64,000 bases of DNA, from assembly GCA_027923505.1 (NCBI GenBank), contig BROI01000012.1:620001-684000 (forward strand), read 5' to 3'. The DNA comes from Mayamaea pseudoterrestris. Its lineage: Eukaryota. The position numbers and the translations under genes were made by a program. Positions 1 to 9,255 of this stretch are shown here, piece after piece. Each line of letters starts with the position of its first letter. Position 1 is the first letter of the stretch. Under the pieces are notes generated by a model. That model ran no database searches. It saw only the letters and a program-made list of their open reading frames with translations, and was not told the origin of the DNA.

Positions 1-430
1 ACCTACCATCTTGTAGTGCAGCCTGAATTAAGGATGTTGGCACCATTCTGGTGTAATTTGGGCACCTACAGGGCTTGCTGTAGGGGCGTTTGAATGTCAT
101 GGCATCTGCGGGCTGAGATTGGTGACAAGTTGTCACCAAATACATTGCCATCCCCTGAGACACCAGCCAAGCCTACCATCTTGTAGCGCAGCATGGATAA
201 TGTTGTTGGCACCATTCTGGTGTTATTTGGGCACCTACAGGGCTTGCTGTAGGGGCGTTTGAATGTCACGGCATCTGCGGGCTGAGATTGGTGACAAGTT
301 GTCACCAAATACATTGCCATCCCCTGAGACACCAGCCAAGCCTACCATCTTGTAGCGCAGCCTGAATAATGATTTTGGCACCATTCTGGCGTGATTTGGG
401 TTTACGCATGGCTCTGAGAAAGGGCTGTTC
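1..430. repeat. ~170-bp tandem repeat, at least 2.4 units, running off the window start and decaying after ~400
   Basis: cctaccatcttgtag recurs at 2, 172 and 341. Each unit has internal palindromes cctacag-N6-ctgtagg and ttggtgacaa-g-ttgtcaccaa. Confidence 0.9.
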
Positions 431-701
431 AAAGTCATGGCAACTGCTGGATAGGATCTCACCGATGGCATTGCAGCATCATGAGGCATCAGCCAGGTGC
501 TCCAACTTTTATAGCAGCCTAAAAGGGATGTTTCCATCATCCTGGTGTCTGATATGGGTCATGGGCAGGCAGTGCGTAACTTGCACTGCTTCATAGAGGA
601 CTATCGCATAGCTTGTGTCCTACCGGCAATGTTTACGACACACATCCCTTCCACCATGACAACTCCCACTTCCTACTTGCGTACTGTACTGGCTTGCTAC
701 C

Positions 702-2246
702 ATGCCAACTACGAACAAAGATGACAGCGATGATTATGACGAGGAAGGATTAAATAACGATGATCCTCAATTCTCATCTGCTGCCCTCTGCATTGAATTT
801 GAATTGCTCGGGCAATCCTTTCGTCCGGTTTTCACCCACCAAGTGTTTGCCGATGAGTGGATTCGCGGCTACCAACCATTTTATCAACATCTGTCAGAGA
901 CCTTCGAGAGAAATGCACACTCGTCCTTTTCAAACCATGACAAGGTGAACATGGAGTTGGCAATTGCAATCAACTTGTCACCATCGTGCGAATATTGCAG
1001 CATAGATATGACGGTGCGCAAAATCCAGCCGCATGTTGAAGCCCGTCGCTACACCAAGCGCCCAAGACTTGAAACGACAATAAAAGCAGATGCTTGTGAC
1101 ACTCTTGTGAACGCTGAAAACTCAGAAGTCGAAAGCATTGATGCCGCGGATGAGGAATACGAGGAGGAATCTGTGAATGATGACGATGACGATGCAGCCG
1201 AGGCCAATAACATCAGTTTGCATGGAAAGGAAGGCGCGACCCGATTGGCGCGAATGCCACTGGCCGAGGTTCGGCAAGCCATGGAGTTTGCTCTTCCTCA
1301 GCATGCCCAAGACAGCATGGCTCGTTCCTGCTTTCTGCCAAGTCCGGTCGGCGAAATTATCAAGACATATCGCCACAACGACATAGAATTTGTCTTGACT
1401 CTTGCAACCGGCAAGGACGCTTTGACGTTTCACAATCAGGTCCAAAAGTTGGCAATCTGGTACATTGAGACTGCTGACGATGTTAATATTGCCGACGAGT
1501 CGGAAGGATATTGGAAGGTTCTCTATCTTTTCCGAAAGCATGAGCGAATGCAGTTTTCGTTTGCTGGCTACATGACTCTCTTTCATTTTCGATCGCCCTT
1601 TCACAAACCTACTCCTGGTGTTATTCTTCGCGTCGCACAGGCGCTACTGCTTCCTTGTTACCAGCGCATGGGGCATGGACGTACTATGCTGCACGCAGTC
1701 TTTGATAACGTTGCGGCTAACACGACGGACGCTGCCGATGATGCCATGGGGCTGTCAAAGATTGTCCAAGTTAATGTGGAAGATCCGGCACCAGAATTTA
1801 CGCAGCTTCGCAATCGAGTCGACTTGGAACGATACGTTCAGTCAAGAACGGACGCTACGGATTGGTTTGGTGAGGATGGTGACAAGATGCCAGACGATGC
1901 CTCGTTCTTTACTCCCTTGTCGGAATTAGTTCTCGCCAAGGCCGCTGGTGAAGCTAAGATTACAAAGCAGCAACTTCAGATTGTTTATGAATTGTTTCGG
2001 CTTCAGCAACTAGCACGTCATGAGGGATCGGCGGACGACTTGGTAGTCAGGGATGATTTTGAGAAGAAGTTTCGACTCATGGTCAAAGCTCGGCTAAACA
2101 AAGTGCATGCTGATGAGTTAAGCGGATATCGCAACAAGGAAGAGAAACAAAAGCTGCTGGCCAAGCTGTTTGACGAGCGCCTGCGGCAGTACCAAGCTAT
2201 ATTGGCAAGCTTGAAGGCAGGCAGTGCGAAGACTATTGGCACATAA
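702..2246 (+). CDS. HAT1: Histone acetyltransferase type B catalytic subunit (HAT1 family)
   Basis: N-terminal FRPVFTHQVFADEWIRGY, WYIETAD, acetyl-CoA motif RVAQALLLPCYQRMGHG, and VEDP..F..LR all match HAT1 hallmarks. 514 aa intronless ORF. Confidence 0.85.
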   Translation: MPTTNKDDSDDYDEEGLNNDDPQFSSAALCIEFELLGQSFRPVFTHQVFADEWIRGYQPFYQHLSETFERNAHSSFSNHDKVNMELAIAINLSPSCEYCSIDMTVRKIQPHVEARRYTKRPRLETTIKADACDTLVNAENSEVESIDAADEEYEEESVNDDDDDAAEANNISLHGKEGATRLARMPLAEVRQAMEFALPQHAQDSMARSCFLPSPVGEIIKTYRHNDIEFVLTLATGKDALTFHNQVQKLAIWYIETADDVNIADESEGYWKVLYLFRKHERMQFSFAGYMTLFHFRSPFHKPTPGVILRVAQALLLPCYQRMGHGRTMLHAVFDNVAANTTDAADDAMGLSKIVQVNVEDPAPEFTQLRNRVDLERYVQSRTDATDWFGEDGDKMPDDASFFTPLSELVLAKAAGEAKITKQQLQIVYELFRLQQLARHEGSADDLVVRDDFEKKFRLMVKARLNKVHADELSGYRNKEEKQKLLAKLFDERLRQYQAILASLKAGSAKTIGT

Positions 2247-2381
2247 TTTAACGGTCTTGGTGTACTTAGGACAATTTGTGGGAGAGGTGTCATACAATGC
2301 ATTATTGTAACATGTGTTGCCTGCGCGTTAAAAAACAGTAATTTGACAGCGCAACTGGATCTTCCCCATAGACAGGCGTCC

Positions 2382-2608
2382 TTATGGGTCAGCTACGTCT
2401 TTAGCATTCTCCATGGCTGTGCTTTCAAGCAGTCGGACAGCTGTAGCATTGTAGTTTTCCGGAAAGCGCACATAGCCACCATAGGGCAAGAGGCGTAGTT
2501 TGAAATCATCTCCAAATGCCTTCAATCCAAGAAGTTTGGGCCCAATAATGTACCGATGGAAAACCCGTCAACCTTCATACCAAAGTATCGTGCCGCAAGG
2601 TAGTGGCC
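2382..2608 (-). pseudogene. Fragment of an M50/RseP (ARASP-like) intramembrane zinc metalloprotease
   Basis: Manual translation gives GHYLAARYFGMKVDGFSIG, then a frameshift near 2545-2552, then GPKLLGLKAFGDDFKLRLLPYGGYVRFPENYN...*. The HE of HExxH and the rest of the protein are missing. Confidence 0.75.
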
Positions 2609-2818
2609 GCGTCGACGAAGCTCCAGCATGGCACAGTTACAAAAGATTTTTGGTCCATACATCGCTTGCCGATACGTTCTCAGTGGTAAACTGCTGTTCT
2701 ACCGGTAGTAATCATGTTACCTTCTTATATTGAAATTCTTAATGCTACAAGGTGCTTGTATTATTCTACAAGAGCAAGTCTTTCTTGCCGACCTGTAATT
2801 CTTTATACGCATGGACCG

Positions 2819-3754
2819 TTACATCGAACCAAGCCTATCAATGTCTGGATAACGCAGAACACCCTTCGTGTCAAGTCTCATGACCGCTTGTAACATGGCA
2901 CTGGCCAAGCTTGAAACTGTAACGGGACGATCAACAAAGGGAAGGCCGACTTTATTGCCAACGAAGAAAGCTCCGACTGGAAGCAAGCTTGCCGGTCGGT
3001 CCATACTGTAAATCAAAGACGGACGTAAAATAACCGGGCGCAATGTAGGCTCGGAGCTCATTAGTTTGTTTTCCACTTCGCGCTTGGCTTTTAAATAGCG
3101 GCGAAGCCACTCTGGTGCAAGATATTGCTCAATTCCCTGCCCAAACGTAACATCCGGCCAACCTGCTTCTGCCGCGGACGTGAAAACAAATGGAAACTCC
3201 ATGTCACCATTACGTTCCGCATAAGCCTTCGTCGCATCGATCGCATTAAAAGCAGTCAGCCGCGTAATGCTGTCATAGGTTGACCCCTTGTCAGGAACGG
3301 ATCCACTGCCACTGACAAAGACGTTGTAATCGCCGAGACCTGATGAATCGTCAAACAGCAGACCGATGCAATGGATTACCGCCTTGTAGTTTCCTTCGTC
3401 CAGGACGTTCCGAATGCTGTCAATATCACATGCGTCGCCTTGTCGATAGTCAACGTCGAGCGTCGTCTGGCCGTTTGTCTTTGCATTAGCTGGAGGTGGC
3501 AGTCCGCGGCGGCTCAAACTTGTGACGGCATAACCCTTTGCAGTTGCTCTCCTGCAAATCTCCTGTCCAAGAAAGCCTGTTCCTCCAAGAACCAGTATTT
3601 TTTCGTTGCTTTGTGCAGCTGAACTCATGGAAAGTGGACGGACCAGATGAAGTCGACTGCTTCTCGTCGCAAGAAGGCTCTGGGTCCGAATGATCTGCGA
3701 AAAAGTCATCAGCAGTCGCAAAGCTCTACTAGACTTTTTCCAAACGGCGACCAT
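2819..3754 (-). CDS. NAD(P)-binding Rossmann-fold atypical SDR (COQ11/YLR290C, NDUFA9-like)
   Basis: ILVLGGTGFLGQEIC...VTSLSRRG, Y..AKREVE, ILRPSLIY, PVTV..LA, plus a targeting-like N-terminal extension. Confidence 0.8.
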   Translation of the reverse strand: MVAVWKKSSRALRLLMTFSQIIRTQSLLATRSSRLHLVRPLSMSSAAQSNEKILVLGGTGFLGQEICRRATAKGYAVTSLSRRGLPPPANAKTNGQTTLDVDYRQGDACDIDSIRNVLDEGNYKAVIHCIGLLFDDSSGLGDYNVFVSGSGSVPDKGSTYDSITRLTAFNAIDATKAYAERNGDMEFPFVFTSAAEAGWPDVTFGQGIEQYLAPEWLRRYLKAKREVENKLMSSEPTLRPVILRPSLIYSMDRPASLLPVGAFFVGNKVGLPFVDRPVTVSSLASAMLQAVMRLDTKGVLRYPDIDRLGSM

Positions 3755-4368
3755 AGTACTCAGTAAGCAGTTGGTTGCTTCAATACGACATCTTGTAGTC
3801 AGCGCCTCTACGAACGGCGCGGCGCGTCGTCATCGTCGCAGAAGAAAACGCTGACAAACAATGCGACACATATATGTCGTACCGATACCAAATCGGAACG
3901 CTCCTTCGAATTCGATGCAAAACCTAGCCACGTGTGTGGTCATTCGAAAAGGTCAATGGTGAGAAAAAGCAAGATATCAATGGGCCCTGAAGAGTCACCT
4001 TTTGGTCCCTGCACGCATCCAAGGAAGGCCCGTGAAGCATTTTCGAATAAAGCAGCTTATGGAAGTATTTACACAGCAAACAACGGAATGGAATACGGCC
4101 ATCGTCACTAATTAATTGTTCGCTTCTATGACCGCACGTGCATCGCGGTCATGATCGGAACGGATTTTCCGACTGAAACGCCCGTCTACATCACGTTTCA
4201 TCGCCACAAAAAATGCTGCAGTCACTCCACAAACAAGCTCGAACAGCCATTTTCGCACGCATCCTGCTTACAGCTCCACTCCCCGGATTGCTCTCTACTG
4301 AACCTTCTTGCTCATAGCATCATATAGTTTTGTTTCTCGTCGGCTGTTAGCAATTAAAGGGAAATTCC

Positions 4369-5049
4369 ATGACGAACATTCCGCTGGTTGAACCATCCTT
4401 TGAAGAACGATTGGATGCATGCACTGCAACCTTTGCCTTTGATGCAATGATTGCCGAAGACTGTCAGAAGTCAACGAACGACAGTACAAAGAACAAGAGT
4501 ACTTTCGACGATTTGAATTCCAGCAAGCGCAGTTTTGAGACGACCAGCAAAGCACAAGAATTCTCGCATCAACCTGCTACCATGAATGACTCGCATCATG
4601 TCCCTTCCCTCGAGCGACTGACATACCATGCACTCCTCCGAGATGGAAATGGCCGCATCATGAGCAGCTCCATGCCAGTTCTGAATTACACTCATAATGA
4701 TCAGGAAGAAGAGCTGCAAGATGAGGAACAAGACCGAGGGAAATGGATTGCCAATATTCTCAAGCAAGTTCCGCAGTCACCGGAGGAAGCTGCTTGCAAC
4801 GACTCAAACGATTGCAACATGCTACATAACGAAGCGACAGCTGAAGCATATGGTTACGGTGACGAAGGCGGTGGTAGGAGCTTTTCAGTGCATGATGCTG
4901 TCAACTTGGACTCGTCGGCGAAGCGTCGGCGCGTCATGCGTCGGAATTCCTTTGTGATTCCGCGGGGCCGTGGCCTCGTTCCAGGCCTACTTGACTTGCA
5001 AGATGCCGGCAAGTTTCACTTTGGCGCAAGCGAAGAGAAAGAGACATGA
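4369..5049 (+). CDS. Hypothetical protein (226 aa, low complexity, C-terminal RRRVMRRNSFVI motif)
   Basis: ORF with coding-like composition, converging on the next gene. No domain recognised. Confidence 0.55.
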   Translation: MTNIPLVEPSFEERLDACTATFAFDAMIAEDCQKSTNDSTKNKSTFDDLNSSKRSFETTSKAQEFSHQPATMNDSHHVPSLERLTYHALLRDGNGRIMSSSMPVLNYTHNDQEEELQDEEQDRGKWIANILKQVPQSPEEAACNDSNDCNMLHNEATAEAYGYGDEGGGRSFSVHDAVNLDSSAKRRRVMRRNSFVIPRGRGLVPGLLDLQDAGKFHFGASEEKET

Positions 5050-5223
5050 TTTACTGATAGTAACTTTTAGTGCATCTCGGAGTGATGTTTGTATATAATT
5101 CCTGTTTTGAAACCGAAATAAACAAGCTATGTGTTTTTTCATCTTCCTACATTTTGCATTACATAAAGAGACCGTGTACAGCAAGTGCGCGTGGTTTAAC
5201 AATACACAATACACTGCTCGTTC

Positions 5224-6564
5224 TCATTTCCTTTCTTCCGATGCTTCTCGCGCCAAACTAAACGACGCAAGAATGTCGTCAGCCGTGAGCTTTTCCGGAG
5301 CTGGGACATCGTCGAGAGACGCCAGCGACTGCAAGAAACAGTACGGATAAGAGACAAATGGGTACTTGGGATTACCATCCGCGTCAAGCTCTATACGAGT
5401 TTGTGATTTCGGTACGCTTCGCTCAGTGGCATGAAGATGTTGGACGAAAAAGTCGTCCACTTTCCCTTCAAACAGGTTGAAAGACGTCAATTGCCCAGTT
5501 TTCCATCCAGACTGCCCAACTGAAGCGGTAGAGTCAGATACAATTTGTCTTGAGCCAGTCACATCCTTTCCTTGGCCGATACTTGACGCAAAGATGCGAG
5601 CTTGAAAACTGTTCTCGGGCAAAGACTCTTCGTCACTCTCATCACTGCTGCTTAAAGTAATGACAGGCTTTTCAAATTGCTTGGTAGGAGAAGCTATCAA
5701 CTTTGAAGCATTCATTTTCGGAGTGGCAGGTTTGAATTCAGTTAACTTGGTCTTCTTGGTAAAGCGTTCGCTCGACGGGGATGGAGCGACTCGCTTCTTA
5801 TGCGGAGCTGCAGGCTTTGGCTTTTCCTCCATCGCGGGCGGTGCTCGCTTGGCCTTTTCCTCCACCCTGGGAGCACGCTTAGCTTTCTCCTCCGAATCTG
5901 AACCGCGCTGTGTCTCTTCATCTTCATCATACGCTCGCTTGGCCTCCTCCTCTCGCTTGGCGTTGTTTTGTTCCATCATAATCTGTCGCGAGGTCTTGCG
6001 GGCGATATGGGTCACCTCTTCTGCTACTCCTTCCGGTGAACTCTTCAGTTTATGAGGAGAAGGACTACCGGCAGATTTGCCAGTCACTTCTTCAATGTTC
6101 TTTTTTATCATCGAAAGGTCCTTTTCCGAAATTCTGGGCAAGGTATCTGGCGGGACGCGTGCGTTCATCGGTCGCTTCTTGCTCTCAAACTGTCGATACT
6201 GACGTGGACATCCATTCTTCTTCTCGCGAAGCGCCTGGCACGTCTTCTCCAACGCTTGCTCAAAGGGTGCCAGGATGCAGCGCCTGTCTTCGACCAGCGT
6301 TCCTTCAATGAGCTCGACGAATCGTCCAGGAGGATCTTGGGCCGCGATCTGGTCCATAATCTTTTGAGCAATATCTCGTTTCTCTTGACGATGTGCCTTG
6401 GTATAGAGCTCCTTGACCTTGTAGCATATGAAACGAAATTCAACGTTACCGATGAAGCAAGAAGTTCCAGTCCCTCGGCCGCAAATAACATCCGTATCCC
6501 GAAGAACAAGCTCCTGCTCCTGCGGCTGCTTCTGCGCCTTTTTGCTGCGATTCGCCATTGTCAA
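5224..6564 (-). CDS. DUF6824-domain protein (diatom-expanded family)
   Basis: DVICGRG...GNVEFR...K..IA..I...PGRF...ALEKTCQALRE signature, followed by a disordered tail with short EEKAKRAP repeats. Confidence 0.8.
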   Translation of the reverse strand: MTMANRSKKAQKQPQEQELVLRDTDVICGRGTGTSCFIGNVEFRFICYKVKELYTKAHRQEKRDIAQKIMDQIAAQDPPGRFVELIEGTLVEDRRCILAPFEQALEKTCQALREKKNGCPRQYRQFESKKRPMNARVPPDTLPRISEKDLSMIKKNIEEVTGKSAGSPSPHKLKSSPEGVAEEVTHIARKTSRQIMMEQNNAKREEEAKRAYDEDEETQRGSDSEEKAKRAPRVEEKAKRAPPAMEEKPKPAAPHKKRVAPSPSSERFTKKTKLTEFKPATPKMNASKLIASPTKQFEKPVITLSSSDESDEESLPENSFQARIFASSIGQGKDVTGSRQIVSDSTASVGQSGWKTGQLTSFNLFEGKVDDFFVQHLHATERSVPKSQTRIELDADGNPKYPFVSYPYCFLQSLASLDDVPAPEKLTADDILASFSLAREASEERK

Positions 6565-6938
6565 TAAGATAAAGGCGATAATGAATAGACAGGTCTCTAT
6601 GGCACTATTCAGGTTTGCTGCGATTTGTGACGTTTACGGCTAGATTCCGTGAGGAAAGAATCCTCATGGTGTGACTCCACGATCAGCCACGGACACTACG
6701 ACCAGAAATGTCGTATCGGTACCAAACATGATCGTTTCTTCTTTTTTAGCTTCAACAATAAGAAATTTCATGACGGTTGATAGCCGACACATTATAAGTA
6801 ATATGCAGTTTTACCGGTATATGTTTGACCGCATGGAGTCTGTAAGAGATTCGTTGACGATGCAAGCAGAATGGCTAGCCTTTTCGAGCCAGGAGAAAAG
6901 TACAAGTGCAGAAGCATCTGCGCCCGTTGGAGATGCGT

Positions 6939-7976
6939 TCATTCCGCGCTGGTGATTGATGAGGAGGGAGGCGAGTAGCCAATCATTGATTCTACATCCC
7001 AATCAATCTTATCCTTTAACCAATCCAAGTACTTTCCTTGTACTTTGTACAGTTTGAGTGGTTTCGGTGGATACGGCTTGCACCTGGCTTCGAAACCTAG
7101 TGCCTTTTCGAGTCGACGAAGCAAAGCATTCGTTCCATTTTGTACAAGTTGTTCGTACTGGACTGGCTCAAAGTCTAAGATTCCGTCAAATTTGGCAATG
7201 GACATGAAATTGAGCACCTTGTCTCGTCGAAGGTCGACAATGCTTTTGTAGGGCTCACCAGAACCGTCGTGTCGAAGCTCGTAGTTTGGTCTCATGGATA
7301 TACTCCTAGTGACTGACACAAAATCTTCTTCTAGACAAGGAACGACCTGCTTGGGTGTGAATTGTTCCTGGCAAATGGATTTGTTACTTTGGTAATCGGA
7401 TGCCGTTAACTTCAAATCTTTTCCAAAATACTTCATTGTCCATGGCTTTGTGACAAAGTCGTACCACTCGAGTCCGTAATGTTTCGGCGCATGATGTGAA
7501 ACTGTGTGCATTGCCTCAATCCATTGAATAGGATCGCGAAACATTACCACAACCATGGACTTGCGCCCAGCGTATTGGCCGTCCTCTTGGAACCAGTGCT
7601 TCCATCGGTGCAAACCGGTGCGGATCAGAATGTCCGAGTGGTTGAAACATTCACGCAAATGATTTTGAATCCACGTGGTTCCAGAATGGCGCTCTCCTAA
7701 CAAATGTAGACTGCGAACGCGTGGTGTCCTTCTCTTCACTGCTGACTGACTTGCTGGCGGACGAGGAGGTGCGTCTGACACGGTTGCACCACGTAAGTCT
7801 AGCTTTAAATTGGCTTGAATGAGCAGCACAACGACAAAACTTATTATCAGGACATCGCGAGCTTGTCTTCGATACTTCTTCAATGCCCTTGGGTGCAGCA
7901 TTGTCGAACGATGATTCCATGGTGGAACTTGTTGACTGAATCGGCGAGACGAGGTCGTCGCCGAAAACGTGTTCAT
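6939..7976 (-). CDS. Sulfotransferase-like type II membrane protein
   Basis: TM segment VLIISFVVVLLI, PAPS-loop-like LLGERHSGTTW, WKHWFQ, VVMFRDP..W, VQYEQL. Confidence 0.7.
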   Translation of the reverse strand: MNTFSATTSSRRFSQQVPPWNHRSTMLHPRALKKYRRQARDVLIISFVVVLLIQANLKLDLRGATVSDAPPRPPASQSAVKRRTPRVRSLHLLGERHSGTTWIQNHLRECFNHSDILIRTGLHRWKHWFQEDGQYAGRKSMVVVMFRDPIQWIEAMHTVSHHAPKHYGLEWYDFVTKPWTMKYFGKDLKLTASDYQSNKSICQEQFTPKQVVPCLEEDFVSVTRSISMRPNYELRHDGSGEPYKSIVDLRRDKVLNFMSIAKFDGILDFEPVQYEQLVQNGTNALLRRLEKALGFEARCKPYPPKPLKLYKVQGKYLDWLKDKIDWDVESMIGYSPPSSSITSAE

Positions 7977-9255
7977 TGATGATGCGACGTGGCAAACGAG
8001 TATACAATAAGTAGCTTGTAGAGGTACGTACCGTGGTTTATTGTACTACTGTAAAGGTTGTCCCCAAAGGTACGTAAGGCCTCACAATTGGCATGTTTAC
8101 TATATTCTGTCATCAGTATAACTGCTGAGGGACAAGCTTTTGGAGCTTGTGACGTCAAATTTGAGGGATGGAATCCATCAAGTGGGTGGAAGAGTTTCGT
8201 TTATCGCTGGGGGATAAACGCTCACAAGTTTCCACATGCAGCCATGTTCAATCCACGTATGATGAGCTCACGCCAACTACCGCCATATCCAGTATTATTA
8301 TCTTTGCTTTAGCTACCTTACTTTTTGACTCATGCACACGCAAGCATCCTGCTGTTGGAAAACGAACACACTTGATCTATACATCGACGAAATGACCTCC
8401 GACAACCACTAAACATTGCTGTTGAGCGGAACGGATAGAATACTTTATCCTGGTCTTCGACGACTTCGTTTGAGTTCGTGTGGAGTGGACAACAATGGCG
8501 ACGACGTGCCAAGTCGTCGCGTTGTGACGGCCGAATTTTGCGATCGTGTGAGCAAAATAGGCGAACTATTTTATGCGTTATCATTTGCGCCTATCTTGAA
8601 TTCTCGACTGCAACGGCGAAGTCCGATATGTCGACCTCACGCCAGGGCCTTTGATTATTTGAATTCCGGGCTCGGCTGGCGTTCCCAGATTTTTCCAAGA
8701 GTCACCTATTCCATGTCGACATCTCGCTCAGCTTCACTTTATCAGGCACAAAGACTGCGACGGAAATCAAAGGTAAGACCATGGCAAAGCGAGACAGTGG
8801 TGCATCTGATGATAATTAGAGCAAGGTATTTGCAATGGAACTGGGCGGCGAAGCAGCAGCGGATATGATTGTTCGACTGCTCGACTGCTCGAGTGCTCGT
8901 CCCTCGCCACAATTGATGGAGCAAGAAACGACGACCTCCTCGATTGATGCCTATTTCGAACTGTGCCGCATACTACTGAGTGAGAAGCGTACCGGTGCTG
9001 ACTATAGTGTGTGCTTTGGTAGCCTTGTTGCTGCATTATTGACTATACGTCGGCGGCATTTGTAACGACAAAACGCGTTATCGACAACTAGTTCGTTCGT
9101 CAGTCTCTGACGAGAAATGAGTGCAGCATGCCAAGCTTTGGTGATCTAATGAGTCAGGGTGCTTTTAATCTTTGGTCTTTTTAATCAAGCTCACTCTGTC
9201 GCCATCAATCTTCTCAATCACGCAGTGCATTCCTTGCTATTGCTAACTACACAAA

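Noticed and set aside
66..596. Short ORFs at the window start
   Set aside because: They lie within the ~170-bp tandem repeat.
8058..9065. Short ORFs upstream of the silaffin-like gene
   Set aside because: No recognisable motifs, mostly non-ATG starts, and they overlap inconsistently.
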